Assembly: GCA_035084275.1 (NCBI GenBank)
Contig: CM068749.1
Span: forward strand, 13,702,001 to 13,766,000
Source of the DNA: Hydrolagus colliei
Lineage: Eukaryota
Reading direction: 5' to 3'
DNA: 64,000 nucleotides
Shown piece after piece: positions 25,299 through 38,264 of this stretch. Position 1 is the first letter of the stretch. Every line of letters begins with the position of its first letter. The notes under the pieces were generated by a model, which had not been told where the DNA came from, made no database searches, and saw only the letters and a program-made list of their open reading frames with translations. Position numbers and translations under genes: made by a program.

Positions 25299-26040
25299 TA
25301 CGTGAAAAATTCTGATAAATGTTGCATTGTGAGAATGTCAAATCCATAGCTCACAAGGTAGTTCCATTGACTACACAAGATAGTTCCATTAACACATTGA
25401 AATGTCAAGTTAAAACAACAAATTGTCCTACATTGAATATTATTACCTAGACGAGTAAAATCACACCCATTATTTGCATCCCTTCATCACATTTAATGTT
25501 TTGGAAATTCAAAAATGACACACACATTGTTAAGAAATCAGCAAAGAATTACCACAAATAAGATCTTATTGTCTGGAGAAAAGCATCTTGCCTTCTGTTA
25601 AATGCAGACAACTGTAGGGAAAATCCAGGTCACTGCATTGGATGCTGCATTGGTGAAAGTTGGTCCATTCTGTTCATTGGCATTTTGATTGACAGGTTCT
25701 GAGGCTATTGCTCTGGGAATGTGGGTGATCGATTGGGATAGTCATTCAACAAAATAATCCAAAATCACCTTTGGGCCCTGAGATGAATGTTGGTTTTAGA
25801 AACATTAAAACAGCCCCATTTCAAAGTGCATTAAAACAACTTGCATTATAACAGAAAACAGACCCACAAACTGCGGAAAATAAGGATTTCTGCAGATTTC
25901 CGATCCTTTCCTTCTAAAGATTTTCCTTTGAAGGAAAATCGTACTCTTGCTATTGGGTTATTAAAAATAAATATTATCAATGAGTAAATTCTGGGATTTG
26001 ACTGAATTGAGGACAGGATGAAGGCATTCTCTTGTCAATT

Positions 26041-26827
26041 ATGAGAAATGAGCAGCTAGAGGGAAATAGACTAGTACAAACCGGACCTCAATTTGGAGAA
26101 GCTGCAACGATGACTAGAAAAAGCCAGATGGGTGCTGGATTGCCCAACGCTGTCATCTATTGCCTCAGAAACAAAAATCTTTAAATCCACCCCAAATCTT
26201 TAAAATCTCAAAAATGCTATGAATGGCATATTACTTCTCCAGTAAATCAAGGATTAGTACGCTTGCTTGCAACTGCAATCTCTGCAGAGGTATAAAATAC
26301 CAGTGAGATATTATTCAGCACTCCTGCCTAATCTGTCTGTGAGACAGAGTGAGCTCTGCTGGGATACTGCCAATAATAGTGGTGACAGAGGCAACCAAAG
26401 TCAACACTGGAGGCGTAGAGTGGTAGCAATGTCATAATGAAATATGCATTTAACATGGCAAGAAGTTAAATCGTATGTGACAAGCTGAGAAGGAAGTGAG
26501 GACTTGTTTTGTCTTGTTTTACTTTAATAAGTGATAAACTCTGCCGTACAGATGCTGCGTTTGCATTTAACCATTTATCCCAGAAGTTTTCATGCCAGAC
26601 CGAGTACCTCTATAATGGATTTTATCTCTTTAAAGCAAAACATTTGAAAACCAAAGGGAAAATGTCATTCTCTTCTCTTCGGTGATAGGGGTCTGATGAG
26701 AAATGAGCTGCTAGAGGGCAACAGATTTGTACAAACTATATCTCAAGTTGGAGAAACTGGCACACTAACTAAAAGAAGTTACACGGGTGCTGGGCTGCCC
26801 AACAATGCCATCCATTTCCTCAGAAAC
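26041..26827 (+). repeat. Diverged direct duplication: 26041-26172 vs 26696-26827
   Basis: Ungapped manual alignment, 103/132 identical. Confidence 0.9.
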
Positions 26828-29800
26828 AATATAAAAATATAAATAATTGACACATCAAATATGGTTCGAACACCAGTTTTATGCCACTGTACCACCAACC
26901 GCAATTCATGGAATGAATACCTGGATGAAGTCTCACTGCAATGCAATTTCCAACAATCTAACTGCTCTCAGTAAATTGTGTGCTGGTGCACAAAAGCAAT
27001 TTCCTTTGTGAATACATTTTACTTACTCTATAAGATTAAGCCACAAAATGTAAGAGAAAGCATCAACAGTGTGAATAAGGGCCACTACCCAGGCGGAGAG
27101 ACATTATATCATCAAGTGCATCATGTGTTGTACATATACGCATCGGAAGTAACATAGAGACAGGAGGCCATCCATCCAACAGCCTGATGGAAGTAACAAA
27201 TGTACAGGAATAGGCTATTCATCCATCAAGCATGTTCTGCATAAAGTGGGTCCATCTGTAAATCTGCTAGTTCAATACCAATTGTTACTAATGAGTGGTT
27301 CTATATAGTATTTTTCAATTCAGTAATATATTAATCTTTTGTTATTGTACACTATTGTCAATCACCTGATGTGAAAGGCAAGACATAAAGGTAAATTTGT
27401 ACTGTATTGTTAATTTTTATTGTATATGAATTTAACAAATTTAAAAAGAACATGTCAATAGCAGAACATTTATTACAGAATAAGACACCTATGCATAAAA
27501 ATTAATGACAGTGTAAGCAATGACGTTAATATATTCAATTCAATCAACCAATTAGTTTTGAAAACGATTTTGGCTTGGAGCAGTCGATTTTTAACGACTT
27601 GTACTGTTATTAGGATTTAGTACTGTAAAAAGAGTAGGGCTGACAATTTTGGGAGTCCAGATCAAAGGTGAACATCAACAGGTCAAAATACATTCTAGGA
27701 TTGGGTTAATCAATAACTGCAATGCGCAGTGATATATTTCCTGAAATGCCATTATTGGATGTCACCCAGTAGATTGACGAAAGGCAAGAGATCTCATGTT
27801 GCATGCTTTCTGGCAAATTATCAAACCAGATACATCTGATCTGTAAGAAAATTCCAATCTAGGAATAAGACTAGCATAATAGGTCACTTCTAATAGCAAT
27901 ACTTCTCTTTTTACAATGTAACAATATCATGTCATGGAGGTAATCAATATTATGCAATGATTTAATTTGATGAAGCAAACTTAAGCTAAGTTTTATCAAT
28001 ATTTCACAATGATTTAATTCTGCAAAGTAAACTTAGAAAGCTCTTTTGCGTGCATAAGCACTCATCTTGATATGTTTGAATGAGTGAAAACAATGAGTGA
28101 ATTAGGGCTGTGCTTATTAATCAATTATAATTCATTCAAATAGACAGAAATGTAATTAACCATGGAATCAAAGGTGTATACATAGGCTGCACGGAAAGAC
28201 TCAGTATATTTGATTTGGGGATTCATATCCTGCCCAGCGGAGGACTGGTGACATTAACAAAATAACCCAACAAACACTGATATGTACATTTGATTTTCAT
28301 CTAATTATCTGGCCATTTCACCCACAAGCTGAATTTAAAGTTATGTGTCATGGTTTATTCAGTCTATTGATAAAATATTACTCAGCAAAACACTGGTCTC
28401 ATAATATACCTGTTATTTAAAATAATAGATTAAACTATCCAAACATTAATTAATCAAATTGGAAGTGTACCTCATGGGCTTCAGATTGTTCAAGTCAAAT
28501 TAATTATGATCAAACTATGCTATGTGCAAATCTTGCTGTCCAATCGGACACACTGCTAAGAGTCTGAGCAAGATTCCACTGACATGGTCTACATATGGAA
28601 TGAATGGTCTTTCCTCACTCCATGTGTTTTTTACCCTTGGGACTCTGTCCAGATTTGTCTCAAAACCAGTCAATCTTAACTGAATCTCCACTGAGTTACA
28701 GTCCACACTAGAGATTAAAACAATTTATCTGACTACCGAGTAATTGCATCTGATGTGGATTTGCAAAACTAAGCAGTTCTGCAAAAAAGAGTGTTGGTTC
28801 TGCGGATGTATTCTGTCAAGCATTGTGTGAGACATTGTGGGGACATTGCTGGAGGTTTTATTTTCCCTCATCACAAGTCTGGCAGCTGTTTGCTCCATGG
28901 AAGACACAACTTTAGCAGAGCCTGTGTGTCACCATTCCTAGTCCAGAGGGGCTAAATCTTGTGGTTCAGGAGCCACAGCATCAGCTGTTAAGAAAAGTCC
29001 CTAGATGTTTGGGAACATTTTAGAAGCATGCAACTGTGTACAATTACATTTTGCCTGCCTGTAACTTGCCTATTTATTTGCCATGTATGCTCTTGGTGGC
29101 TGTTATATTTTGAAGAAACAAAGGATGGATCAAAAATAATCAAGTTAGCAAAGAAAAGTAGCCAGATCTAAAGACCTAAATAACGTTGGTTACCAGCGCC
29201 TCTTACTGAATGTTCCCGTGTTTATTTCTGTACTTTTAAAACCTATTTGTTTAAGCAGTGACACAATACTTATGGCTTTGTTTGGGGAAGTGAGGTGAGA
29301 GAGGGAGATGATTGAGCCCACGATATAACTGGGAGATGAATGGACATAAACAGTCAAATAACAAGATTCTTTAGCATTTTGCAGGTATCTACTAACAGGT
29401 GAAAACCATGCCTTGGGATGTCCTTACATTGTTGTTCTATATAAATAAATATAAATTATATATAAATGTAAACACTCTTTCATTGTGTTATAATGTAAGG
29501 ATGAAACATGGATATAAACAGGCTGGTACTCTGGATCTAACAAGTATTTCCCACCAACAAGCTTTGATCTTAATGTCTCCGAGAATCGAGACAGAATAAA
29601 ATCATGTCAGGACTCTGAAAGCTCAACCAATCACATATACTATGTTTAGCAGCAAACCCACGTTCACAGAATGGCACTTTGGGTGGAAAGTAATTTTATT
29701 CTCTAAAAGATAGCGTGTAATCAATGCCACTGTGCAAAATCTGAAAATATAACACAAGTCTGGGTCAGTTTGCTTCTGGTGATCCTGGGCTACAGACAAG

Positions 29801-32800
29801 ATAGCAAATAAGCAGAGGATCACCTGATGGCTAGAAAATCTACTGAAAAATTGGTTGAAAGGAGCTTGCAATTTAGAATTTGAGGGCTGCTGTCAATCTT
29901 TGCGAGTTTCAGAAACACTACTGACTGTGATTGTCAATCTACCAGTAAGTCAATGCATAAATCAGCAATCATTTATTGCCTTAGTCAAATCTGTCTTCTG
30001 CTTCACTGTGAACTAAGAAACTCCAGCAGTAAGAGATGTAAGCTCTTCCGCTATCTTCCATTTATTAGGTGGAGCTTCCACAAACATCAGAATATCCCCC
30101 TCCACCTACTCGATGCTTAATGTTGTGTCCTAAACACTTTTAACCTTTTTTTTAAAAAAATGCTTCTAAATATGATAGATATAGAAGCAGATTTGTGATG
30201 ATCATTTGTCCCTCGTAAGGATTCTTTCTGCGATCAATAGAATGAGAATTTAGTAAGCCCATAGCAAGTTTTATGAAATGTTAGCCTGCCAGCGCATCAG
30301 CAAATAAATAAATAAGTTATGCATCAAAGGATTTTTTGAAGCAGTTTATGTTGACTAAGCATTCAAGCATGTTCATGGGGATATACCTTTTGCTATAATT
30401 TTCTACAAATGTTCAACTGTTTTGAAAGAACAATAAACCTAAACATCTGCTCTAAGCAAGTTCTATCCCTGGGAAAACATGGCCCGTAGAGAGCATCATG
30501 AAGTTCAGTGGTGTAAGGAAACGCGCAGGATAGGCGCAAGTCAAATTCAGCTGATAAATGTCAGAAAAACACAGGAAGTATAAAGTAGCAATATTCATAC
30601 ATTTCAATGTAAAAGGGTTTATTCGTGTTTTTAAAAATATTTTGGTAGCTGCACTTTAAATCATATTGTAACATCTTTTGCACAGTATTTAGTAAGCACT
30701 GTGTGCTTACTTACTCTTGTTATGTTCTGTTGCAAATAATTTTAACAGCAAACTTTAAATTCAGTTGAAATGTGGGTAAACTGCTATACACTTTCCCGGA
30801 TTTATTGTACATTTGAGAGTACTGCATGAAACATTTCAAAGTCATACAAATGTGTGTGATTTTATCATTATGCATTACCAGGATAAAGTTGTACCAACAT
30901 GATGAAATATTACTGGGGCATTAGAAGGAAACATGATTTATTCTATTGTTTTAGCAACAGCAGACAGTTTTAGGAAAAACAACATGAAAGCCATTTGATT
31001 CTCTACCAACAGTTTGCAAACTTGCAGTGAAAAAATAGGCATTAAAGGTAAGGGGGAAAAGAGCCTGTACGTCCCTTAAAATGACCTGAAGTGTGCATGG
31101 TTGTGGGTGAAATACTTTGTCTACTCCCTCTTTAGTGGCCTGACCCATTTGATTTTCTCAAATCACTAGTATCAACCAGGGTGCAGATTAGTTTAAACTA
31201 TGGATGTTATTTTAATTTTATGGCATGGTTAGAATATTCAATTTAAAAATACGAATGAGAGAAAATAAACTGGAAAAATTCAACTGTTCCTTCTAAACTA
31301 CGTATGGCCATTCCAGCAGCAACATGGAAAACAGCACTTCAATTTAGGAATGTAAATTGTGGCAATGCCACAAAAAGAGTTTACATGCCTACACTTCTGG
31401 ATCTTACAAGCTTCAATGGAAGGGCAATACTTGAATGGTTAAATTCAGTTAATTCTTTATCTATTGTTGTTTTTGCAGAGCTGTCTGAGATACTTTCAGC
31501 TCCTTTGTACTGTCTAGCAGACAGTTCTGTCATATCATAAAGTGTTCTGTTGCAAAGCTTTAGAAATTTAATTCAAGCCAAGTTGCCAGAGCTGTCTGAT
31601 ATCAGACTATCTTATCTTCCTCACAGCTGTGTAGCACAGCTGATAACCTTTTCCTGGATGGACTGATAAAACCTCTCAGATCTCCCTTGACAACCACCTC
31701 CTGTGCTGCCATGTTTAGTGGAGGGAGTTTTCTATTAAGGCTTACATTTCGTTTGTAATTGTAAAATTTAAAATTGTATTTTTACAAGAGAAATTAACGT
31801 TAAGTTCACACACTATACTGGGCAATCTTCATACTGTGGATGAAATTTGTGTTTTACCGGTAAGATTGGTAGGTGAGTACATTTCACTTGATAACTTACT
31901 TGCTCAGAAATAATTTTGTTAACGTTAGTGTTTCATTTCATAAAAGACTACAAAACAAATATGGATCCACAGCATGAGCACTATTTATGCTGAGAGCTGA
32001 AAGGACTTATTTTTCAGCTGAATATGTTTCCCACTGTCAGAGGCAATAGAAATCTGTTGGAAATGTCAGCAACATCCGTGGGGATTTGTATTACATTTGG
32101 AAGCGATTGCAGCCATATTGTTTCCTTAATTTTTGGCTCTGATTTTAATCCCATCTTTATTTCGTTTGGACCATACACTATTCTCTGTACTGGCAATCTT
32201 CCTTTATGAATGCCACTTAGCCTCTGGGAGATACATGAGAACAATGTGGTTGACTTGCCATCTGATTTCCACTCTCTTCCTGTGGGGAGATACTTAGCAT
32301 CTTCTTGTTGGTTCCCTTGATGAGCTACCAGAGATTGGAAGGGAATCATGGGAAACGTGTAACATTTTACCATTCTTCTGCACAGTGCATTTTGCAACTG
32401 ATCTGTTCTCCTATTGCCACAGTATTGTCAGAGAGAGACTCCCTTAATCTTACATTTTCTATTTTTAACAAAACGGTACCAAAGCAGCAACGCTGAATGC
32501 CGGAACTTTTATTTGACATTGATAGTTTTATGAGGCAGCAAAGTAATTTACATTTAATAAGGCTGCCTGATGATTCTGTTTCACTTTTGTGTATCAGATT
32601 AATTGATCACTGACTTTAAACAGCAGACAAATATAAAGAGTGGCTGGAGTATCAATTGTAGTAGCAGAGGATTGCAGTTCTCTTTTTTTTATATTTATAG
32701 ATAGAATAGACTCCAGTGTTAAGTATTATGATAACCATTCAGTTGAGTATTTTGGCATTAATGGCAGTGGGTGGCAATTTTTATTCACAGTTTTCAACAT

Positions 32801-35111
32801 TTTAAAGGGGAAATCTATAATTGGATAAATAATTCAAACACAAATCTCTTCTTCCTGTTTATAACGTTAGGGACCATTCACGTCATAGTTGTTTGTGCAA
32901 TTGTGCTGTATGCAAATTGGCTTATATATTACCTTGCAAAATACACGGATACTAACTACACTCTCCGACAAATCAAGTGAAACACTTTTGAGTTGACCTC
33001 TTGGCATGAAAAGCAATTACACTCTTATCACATATTCAACACAGGATATAACAATGAAAGTGCCTTTCATATTGAGAGGACGTTGCAAAGTTCTTGATAC
33101 GATTCACTATACAGTGTACTGACTGTGTATTCTGTGGGCCAAGATGGGAGACCGTCCAAAAATCAACTCTCGAGTGAAAAGGATAATAATAATCTATTTC
33201 CATAGGATCTGTGGGTCAGTTGTACCTGCCTATATCTATTGACCTAACACACATTCGTTCATTGCAGTGAGCACTAACCAAGAATGAATTATTGATTGTG
33301 ATTCCAAATACAGGTGAGTCCATCCAAATGAAAACAATAAAGATAAATCAATATTTTAAGGACTAGGAAATCCACAAGAAATCCTGAGTTCTCGAGAATC
33401 ATGTCAAATTTATGTCAAACAAATGTTTCAAGTTTTACTTGGTTTGTGCTTTGTGATTTTCTAACTAACTACTGAAAGTGTTCCATAGTCATGAAAATAA
33501 AGATTTCCTATGATTCCTCCAGTCCAAATAACAGCTCTTGACTGGTCTCTGGAACATGAGCTCACCAAAATAATCATTAGTTTCAGATGTATTGGAAATG
33601 GCAGTTCCAATAGCAGGCTGAAGCACTATACTATTATTTCGGTTGGGAACTGGTTTAGATAGTTATCCAAAACAAACAGACAAGGAGCAAACCTCCCGTC
33701 AACCGGACTGTCACCAAAGAAAATTAAACATCGATTAAACATCTCATGCATTCCATTATGTTAACACACAAATATTGTTGTTTTCTGGCCTGAAAAGATG
33801 TGAAATTAAAGAATTTATAGTGTGCAGCTTCACCCTAGCGATGGATCTGCCCCTCATTAATTACATTTTTTATTTGAATTCTTTTCAATCTTTGAAAGTC
33901 GAAACAGAAGATATGGTGCAGACCCACTGGATCGGATATTTTAACAAAAAACAGATACATGTGTCACACACATGAAGCAGAGTTCACTGCATCATCTGAA
34001 AGGCAATTAGATAGACACTTGAAGAATAAAAATCTGAAACGGTATGGGTGGAAACATCGGGAATATGGGAAAAGTCTCTTGGCATAGGTACCTTGAGCCA
34101 AAAGGCTTCCAACTGTGCTGAACTTTCTGCAGGATTATAAAATACCTTGGATTTGGTTGTCCATGCGCTATTCTTTCAGGCCACATGTAATGGATCCCTT
34201 GTCTGATCTCTTCATTCTGCACTTCAAAAACCTTAGATAATGGCCTTTCAGTATATAATTTACACCTCCTGTACATTTCTTCACTGAGTTGCCTTTATGG
34301 CCTCTTGGCTTCACTCGAGCTCCTTCAGCTTTAGATGGCAGATGAGACCACAGACTGTTCCTAGTGTCACTCTATGTTAAGCATATAAAAGGTGTGATTT
34401 TGTTGTGAGGTGTGACAGACAGTCTTTGCATTTCCTCCTGCTGAGGTGAGATCCTTCGCTTGACAGTTCCTCTCTCCAGCCTCACCACCCAATGTAAAAG
34501 CCAAGAGTTTATACATTGAATTGTTTGCATTGGTGTGAGAGTAGAATGTCAGACATTCTACTCAAACCCATGACCTTTGGGATGTGAAGTAAGAGTGTTG
34601 ATCACAATATGTGACTTATATGTGGCTTATAAGAATTTTACAAGTAATGATGGGACAACAACAATAGTTATGTCAATAAAGTTGCTCAGTGTGGTACAGT
34701 TCAACATTGATAAATGTATAATGAGTTTACATAGATCAGTTTATGGTTGGGTCAAAATGTTTTCTAACACGTGTCATTATTGTGCTGCAATTTAATGTAA
34801 ATTAACATTGGGCAAGTTATTTTAACAAGGTTTAGGGTGCTGAGCAATGGAAACAAGGATGATTAAAATCTATTTTATTTTACAGTGGTATCAGCAATAT
34901 GTAGTTAAGTGTTATACCTGGATGAGGAAATCTATAGTTGCACTGAATGCAATCTGTTTTATCTGCACAATTTTGCGCTTGAATTACGTGTATGTTTCAT
35001 AAACATGACACTTTATCTTTAAGATGTAATATTATATCCCAGAAGATTGGCTAGTATCAGTTAGGTCACATATTCATGGGCAAGCAGAACTGCATTAGAA
35101 GCATAGATACC

Positions 35112-35370
35112 AGCCTGGCTCACTTGGTAGCAGGCTTGCCTTTGAGTCAGAAGATTGTGGATTCAAGCCCCAAGACCAGCCTGACATTCCAATACAGTGC
35201 TGGAGGATAAATACATTGTTAGAGATGCCATCCTTGAGGCAAATTGAGGTCCCATCTGTAAGTTCAAGTAGACACTAACAATCCCATGGCACTAATTGAA
35301 AAGAGAAACTCTTTGAGAGGTTCTCCCACTGCGAAACGCACTATATGAAATGCACTGATAATTATTATCG
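35112..35370 (+). mobile_element. Old Deu-domain-like tRNA SINE
   Basis: TGGCTCACTTGGTAGCA..TGAGTCAGAAGATTGTGGATTCAAGCCC head; CTGACATTCCAATACAGTGCTGGAGG..GATGCCATC..ATCCCATGGCACTAATTGAA body. Confidence 0.65.
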
Positions 35371-37750
35371 ATCAGATTCAAAATGAATCAGATAGATCTA
35401 TGATTGATTGTTGACTCAATCAAAAAAAAACTCACAAATGAATTAGATGTGAGACTTCAGAATTATTAACTTGTGTGACATTAATGGCAGAAAGTGTCGT
35501 TTTTGCTGAAAAAAGTGGGACATATCATGAAACATCAGTCATGTGGGATTTGTTCTTGATGGTTCAGGGTTGCACTTGCAGACGTGGAACATCTGGTAAT
35601 ACACAGTCTCCGTTGCGATCAAGAGGAAACCCTCAGGCTGAGCTGAGCACTGGTGAAGTCAGCATCTTCTCAACCGTGCACTGTGAAAACGGCCAGTATT
35701 TGTGCATTGGTCTGAACCTCATTTCAAGCGGGTGCAGGCTCACGGCATAGTGCCTAGTTGGCCACCATGACTCAGGGGATATCAATACTGAACAAGGACT
35801 GTTTGCCTTTCAGGTTTGGGATGCTCCGTGGCCACTGTGTACAGATGCTGAGGGAATCCCTTACTCTAAAGCCCAGCTTCTTATGAGGCAAGGAGAAAAG
35901 GCTGTCACAACCCGATTTGGCCATGTACTGTAGTTAGTTGGTTTGTGAATGACACGTACATTAATTGTAAACACAGCTCTGGTGAAAGCACCTGAGTTTT
36001 ACGCTCTCTTGTGTGCAACGTGTGAGGTTGTAACACATTTGAAAAACACAAACCATTTTAAAATAAATTTTCCATTTCTTCTCTTCTATCAACAGAGATC
36101 ATATCCCTTCTCTGAAGAATGGCATTGGTATTGTAGGATGTCAAGATGAATACACCTTAACCACTTAGAAAAGATATTGGAAATGTAAGATAAATGCAGG
36201 GCCTGGAGATGTGCTGCCTTGTGTCTTCATGCCATGATAATACCCATGCTTCTAACATTTGCCATGTTTTAATTTCTTTTTTCTCCCTATTTAGCATAAA
36301 ATTTCTAACCGCATTTCTTAACCGTTCCTTTGGTAAATACCACAAGGAACGAGTAAAGAAACACCACTGCACACAAAACTTTATATTCATTGAAATCATA
36401 ATATTACACAGCAAAGACACAACTCAGAAGGCTCAATCTCTCATTATATGGCATCGACACCAATATTAATGATGAATTGATTTATTTTACTGTTAACTAT
36501 TTCCCTACAATCATGGAACATTACAGTTTAATTCTTATTATTCTGTAGTACAACATTAATATTTTATTCACCAGACAAAGGGACGCATTTCAATTAAATA
36601 AGTAAATAATATTTCTTTGATAAAGGCATTATGTACAATGGGAACTTATGACAGCTATTATATTCATGTTATTGTTCAGAAAAAAGCTTGGGCAATCCTC
36701 AGAGGATACATTCATATTTACTCAATCAGATTAAATGCAATTTCTCTATCTTTTTGTTCCATCACTTACATTTTCATTTGCTAAACAAAGAAATGTTTAT
36801 TTTGATCATTATATCAAATGATTCACCGTACGTAGTATATTACTACATTTAATATCTTTAATGAAATATATGAATCTTTGAAGACTGAAACACTATTTGT
36901 TCAGCTTTCATTGCATAAGCTTATTCATCAAATATCTTCAAATAAATGAATCATTATCAAAAAGTAGAATTCGACAAATAATACAGAATGTTAAATCATA
37001 AGAACGGGGATAACCAAATAATCATTGCATCACTTTGATATAGAAATGTTACTAAAATGCGATTGTTAAAAATGTGAGTCTTCTTAATCCTCAAAGTACA
37101 CCACTCTGAATTTGCAATTAGTAAACGTTTGATCCTTTTATGGCTTATGCTCTATTTGACCTAAGGAACCAATAGTTTTGCCTCTGCCCCTATTCTGTAG
37201 AAATGTATCATCAGATGAGGGCGATATTCACCCGAAAAGCACCCAAAAATGGCCATCAGATGCCACTATAAGCACATCGATTTTACACTTGAATGACAAT
37301 ATAATATAGGCTCATCACGTCAGAGATGTCTCAAAATGCTTCACAGGATTTTATGGTGACGTGTAGTGACTGTGTATTTATAGGTAAACGAATGAAGAAA
37401 ATGTTATTAATTGAAAACATGATCTCTATGGGGAGTTTATTTAGGTTGTGGAGTGTACAGGATTCAATGGAAGACATATTATGTGGAGAGTTGTATGGTG
37501 ACCCAAGCAATGGCCACATCCTGTCAATGTACAATAAATGGCTTAATTTTGATGGCACATAATACAATACAGTGCCTAGAACTGCTCCTCTGTTAATCGC
37601 TGTTGAAATTAACTGCTTTAGGCTAACTGAGGCAAGCAAAGAGATAATACAGAATCATTTTCCGTACTGTGCATAGCATTGTGCACATCAATATATGTCT
37701 CAGAATCATAAACACACTCCTTGCTTTCCATTTTGTAATCAGTATGTTGA

Positions 37751-37820
37751 CTACAACAACAACAACTTTGATTTATAGAGCGCTCTCCATGCCGGATGGC
37801 GTCTCAGAGCGCTTCACAAT
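37751..37820 (-). mobile_element. Isolated L2-type 3' tail
   Basis: (CAA)n..ATTTATAGAGCGCTCTCCATGCCGGATGGCGTCTCAGAGCGCTT; similar tails at about 42115-42180(+), 43555-43625(-), 45078-45115(+), 50535 and 54916. Confidence 0.75.
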
Positions 37821-37919
37821 GACGGATCCCGACTAGTATTCTAATTGCAATTAAATATAAAGAAAAATAATTCTACACGTATAGCAGCAGTTGCGTCTGC
37901 ATTAAGGAACGTTACTCAC

Positions 37920-38092
37920 AGATATTTGCAGTTCCTTTAGGAATGGGCAGATATGAACCAGATCTCCATTGCCGGCCCTGAAAGGCTTTCTTGCATCTTC
38001 CACAGTCTTGTCCAGTCGTGTTGTGCTCACAGACGCAAGCTAGATTCCCATTCTCCAAGATGCAGTTGTTAGCATGAAGGTTGCATTTGCAC
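37920..38092 (-). CDS. NTNG1: NTNG1 laminin EGF-like 1 exon (173 nt, phase 2 to 1), [10 protein letters not shown]...PIPKGTANI
   Basis: Lies within ORF 37912..38109. Acceptor ttttaag|G, donor T|gtgagt. AG+G completes Arg with the previous exon. LE cysteine pattern CxC..HA..C..CxCxHNTTG.DC..C. Confidence 0.96.
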
Positions 38093-38185
38093 CTTAAAAT
38101 AAAGGACAAGTGTTATTGAAAATGACTTAAATCGAATAGCAAGTTATTCCTTTTTCTGACTGCTGACCATTTGGTCCCTTTTACC

Positions 38186-38264
38186 TAGAATAATACAGCA
38201 CAGAAACAGACCATTTGGCCCAACTGGTCTATGGCAGGATTTATGGTCCACATGTGCATCCTCC
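38186..38264 (-). mobile_element. CR1-type 3' end remnant
   Basis: TAGAATAATACAGCACAGAAACAGACCATTTGGCCCAACTGGTCTATG, the reverse complement of a CR1 tail; a similar remnant is at about 44806-44850. Confidence 0.6.

Noticed and set aside
26088-26156. Minus-strand peptide MTALGNPAPIWLFLVIVAASPN* resembling a GPI signal
   Set aside because: No phase-compatible acceptor from the LE1 exon, and the duplicate copy has a stop in the same frame.
27954-28040. Short imperfect direct repeat (CAATGATTTAATT..AAACTTA) and similar two-copy repeats elsewhere
   Set aside because: Ordinary slippage duplications; no repeat-spacer array, and CRISPR is not applicable in this vertebrate intron.
34007-34276. 89-aa minus-strand ORF, and the many other 60-134 aa ORFs in the track
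   Set aside because: No recognisable domains; many start at non-ATG codons or derive from repeats and low-complexity sequence.
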